Assembly (NCBI GenBank): GCA_045837725.1
Contig: JBEWZL010000006.1
Span: 248,001-312,000 of the forward strand
Direction of reading: 5' to 3'
Length of the DNA: 64,000 bases
From: Vermamoeba vermiformis
Taxonomy: Eukaryota
Shown here: positions 61,222 to 64,000 of the stretch, one piece after another
Layout: each line of letters begins with the position of its first letter
Numbering within the stretch: the first letter of the stretch is position 1
The notes under the pieces: model-generated
Seen by the model: only the letters and a program-made list of their open reading frames with translations
The model's database searches: none
What the model was told of the DNA's origin: nothing
Translations under genes and position numbers: made by a program

Positions 61222-63110
61222 ATGTTGAGAATTTGCACGCTCTCAGCTCGACGGTTGTGCAGATCTAACAATGGATCGCGTCACACTGTCGCACAGTTAA
61301 TTCAGAAAAATAAATTAACGAGGTAAATACGCTAAGCATATATATTTACATGTGAGAGAAGCAACTAGAATTTTTTCTGGCGATTACAACTGAACTCACT
61401 GTCAGATCTGTCGATCAGGACCGTTTTAAAAAGCAGCGTATCAAATAGCCTGAATTTATTCTTCATAAATTAGTATATTTACATACGGCTCTATTTGATA
61501 TTTAATGTGTTTGGATAATCGATCTGATCTTTTTTACGGCAGCACCCCAACGAGCCGAGCGCTATTTGCACGATTATTTTCAACGAGTAAAATTACCAAG
61601 CAAGAAGACGAAGAAGAGAATTATATTAACAGATTGATCGAACGCAAGAAGATTTACGACGAACAAGAGCAGATCCCAGCCGAACAAAAGAAAGACCCGT
61701 GGGACATTTATAAAAATGCAAATACGCCTCAAGAGAAGAAGCCTCGTATTAGAACATCAGAAGGATTTAATAAGGAGCGCAGATCCAGCAGGAAAAAGTC
61801 AGACGAAGAGGAAGGTGAACCAGAAGAGCAATTAAAGCCTGTTAATAAAGAAGGAGGCACAGTGCCCGGTGAAAAGCCAGCGAAAAAGACGTGGAAAGAA
61901 AAATTGCAAGAAAAAAGAGATAAAATTCAAACGAAGCACGGCAAACTTGTCGATCCGTCAGATCTAGATCTGCATTACAAGAACAAAAAAGTTAACGAGA
62001 TGAAAGTATATGGCAGAAACGCATGTCTTAGTATATTTGAACGAAGAAAAGAGGATATTATTAAATGTATTATTCTTGAAGATCTGATGGAAGACAAACG
62101 ATTCAGACCGCTGTTCAGATACATGGCGGAAAGAAAATTAACTTATAGAGCTGCGGAAGAAGAAGATTTAAGAGCATTTTCTGACTCTATTCATCATGAA
62201 GGCATAGTCATGGTTACTAAACGACCTGAAGTTTTGGATGTGGATCAAACTATCGAAATGATTCTTTCAAAGTACAATCAATTCGCTAAAAATAAGCGCG
62301 AAAAAGCTATTCATGAAATTAAGAATGATAAATATGCATTAGAGAATGAAAATGAAGATGAAATTCAGCGTGAAGAACTGGATGTGGAGGAGGAAGAAAC
62401 TGCTAACAAAGAATCTGCTAGTGCTCAATCATGGGACTATCAAACAATAGCTATGCTTGAAAACGTGCAAAATCCGCACAACTTGGGTGCATTAGTCAGA
62501 GTTTTAGCCTTTTTTGGAGTCAAGATGGCGTTCGTCGCGAATTTGGACGCTTATAACACTCAAAAAGATACGTAAGTCTATTAAAACATGCATATTAATC
62601 AGTCCATAAACTAATATTGTCACTTATTATGCAGCTTCAGTGATACAACTCCGAGTTGGAAGTTGAAAAAATTGGCGCAAGAAATGACCGAAGTTCAGTC
62701 TCCAACTGTCTATCGATTAGCACAAGGAGGCATGGAACACGTGACCGTAAGTAACAGTAATATAATATATGTCATAAGGCATTAATATTTGCTTCAAGGT
62801 TGTTCCGATCTTGAATCCGGAAGAATTTTCGCGAGTTTTGTACAAGTTGAAGCGACGAGGCAATTACAAAATTGTTGCCACGTCATCAACAGCACCTCGC
62901 AAAGATTCATTATGGGACGAACGAGTTTTTAACGACTTGCACGACAAAAATAGAATATTGTTGTTTGGATCTGAAGCTGAAGGTTTGTCTCGTCGCGTAT
63001 TAAACTCCGCAGATTACATCGTTGAAGTTCCTGGCGTAGGAAATATTGAAAGTCTTAACGTGGCGACTTCAGCGGCTGCTGTATTGACCATGTTAAATCG
63101 ACCAAAATAA
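61222..63110 (+). CDS. SpoU/TrmH-family 2'-O-ribose RNA methyltransferase, probably mitochondrial (MRM1/RlmB-like)
   Basis: Arg-rich presequence; VYGRNACLSI...HHEGIV (substrate-binding domain); LENVQNPHNLGALVR; LLFGSEAEGL; ESLNVATSAA. Confidence 0.92.
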
Positions 63111-63225
63111 AGATCTAACATTAAAATTATGGCAAAGATCGTTTTAAATTAGCCAAAATACAATATACAACAATAATTCGCGTTAAATTTCGAGGTCTAT
63201 CTATATATTAATGAATAGTATTATC

Positions 63226-64000
63226 TTATTTCTTAGTCATTTGCGAGCGAGTGTATTCGTAAGCCAAGAAGCAAGTAGCATTAGCCACGAAAGCTCTGAT
63301 TAAGCACGGTGTAAAGCCCTTGAAAAACCCTCCAATGCCCGAGCGTTGATGAATTTTCTTGGCGCAATCGAGCACGCCGTTGTATTTTCTCTTGGACTTG
63401 TCGGGGTTGTCTGCTTGAATTGAGGACTTGATCACGTCAATGGGGTACGTGGTCAACCTACAAATAGGAAGTACTCATTAGCGTCTGTAGATCCGTGACG
63501 TCAAAAATTTCGATCGGATCCAGTGAACGATTCGTGCTAATTGTATTGAAAATTCGATGACTTAACGTATTACAATAATATGCGTACCAGAAACCAACAC
63601 CACCGAGACCACCAGCCAAAAGTACTTTAGACATGGGCAACTTATCGACAGTTGAGTCCTACGAACAAATTATTTTCAGCACTACAGCCTCGTCAAATTT
63701 TATCAATTTTATTTCTAATTTCTTACCTTCGGCGTCATCCATCGACGAGTCAGTTCGTAAATACCAAAATAGGCGCTGTTCGCGGGAACGTCACGCAATA
63801 AAGTAGGAATCATACCCTAGAGTCGTATTAATACCTCGTATATGCATATCAATATTGTTTAATAGTACCTGGAATGCACCAGACACTCCGTAGTGTTTAA
63901 TAATTGACGAGGCACAGTGCACGACGTTCTTGTAAGCAGCTGCAGATCCGCCCTAAAAAATTTTACGATTAAAATAATGATCTTAATAACGATGACACGT
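63226..64000 (-). CDS. Mitochondrial carrier (carnitine/ornithine carrier-like), 3' part; 5' end lies outside the window
   Basis: LLRDVPANSAYFGIYE, LLAGGLGGVGFW, YPIDVIKSSIQAD, FFKGFTPCLIRAFVANATCFLAYE. Confidence 0.9.

Overview
Gene-dense, intron-rich eukaryotic nuclear DNA using the standard code (genes end in TAA, TAG or TGA; mostly short GT-AG introns). The SH2, RasGEF, RhoGEF and STE20 content plus a minor-class intron suggests a free-living protist, plausibly an amoebozoan (inference). About 27 protein genes are visible: V-ATPase subunit a (partial), head-to-head purF/purH, RasGEF, a PAH-only protein, COMMD6 (missed by the ORF track), an SH2-LRR-SH2 protein, two paralogous Rab-GTPase/BTB fusions flanking an F-box/LRR gene, Pif1 with zinc knuckles, a RhoGEF, a G-patch/zinc-finger protein, a GCK-III kinase, an F-box/helical-repeat protein, two mitochondrial carriers, an NHL-SAM protein, a secreted EGF/glycoside hydrolase-like/WSC protein with an in-frame stop, an RI-type LRR protein, a divergent actin-like protein, an amino acid transporter and a SpoU methyltransferase. 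The strongest unexplained signals are: (1) the Rab-BTB pair; (2) a GC-rich, hairpin-rich non-coding element at about 39.4-39.7 kb, followed on one side only by a CpG-depleted block of about 2.5 kb; (3) a textbook U12 AT-AC intron. Exon boundaries were read by eye and some may be off by a few bases. No tRNA, rRNA, CRISPR array or transposase was recognised.
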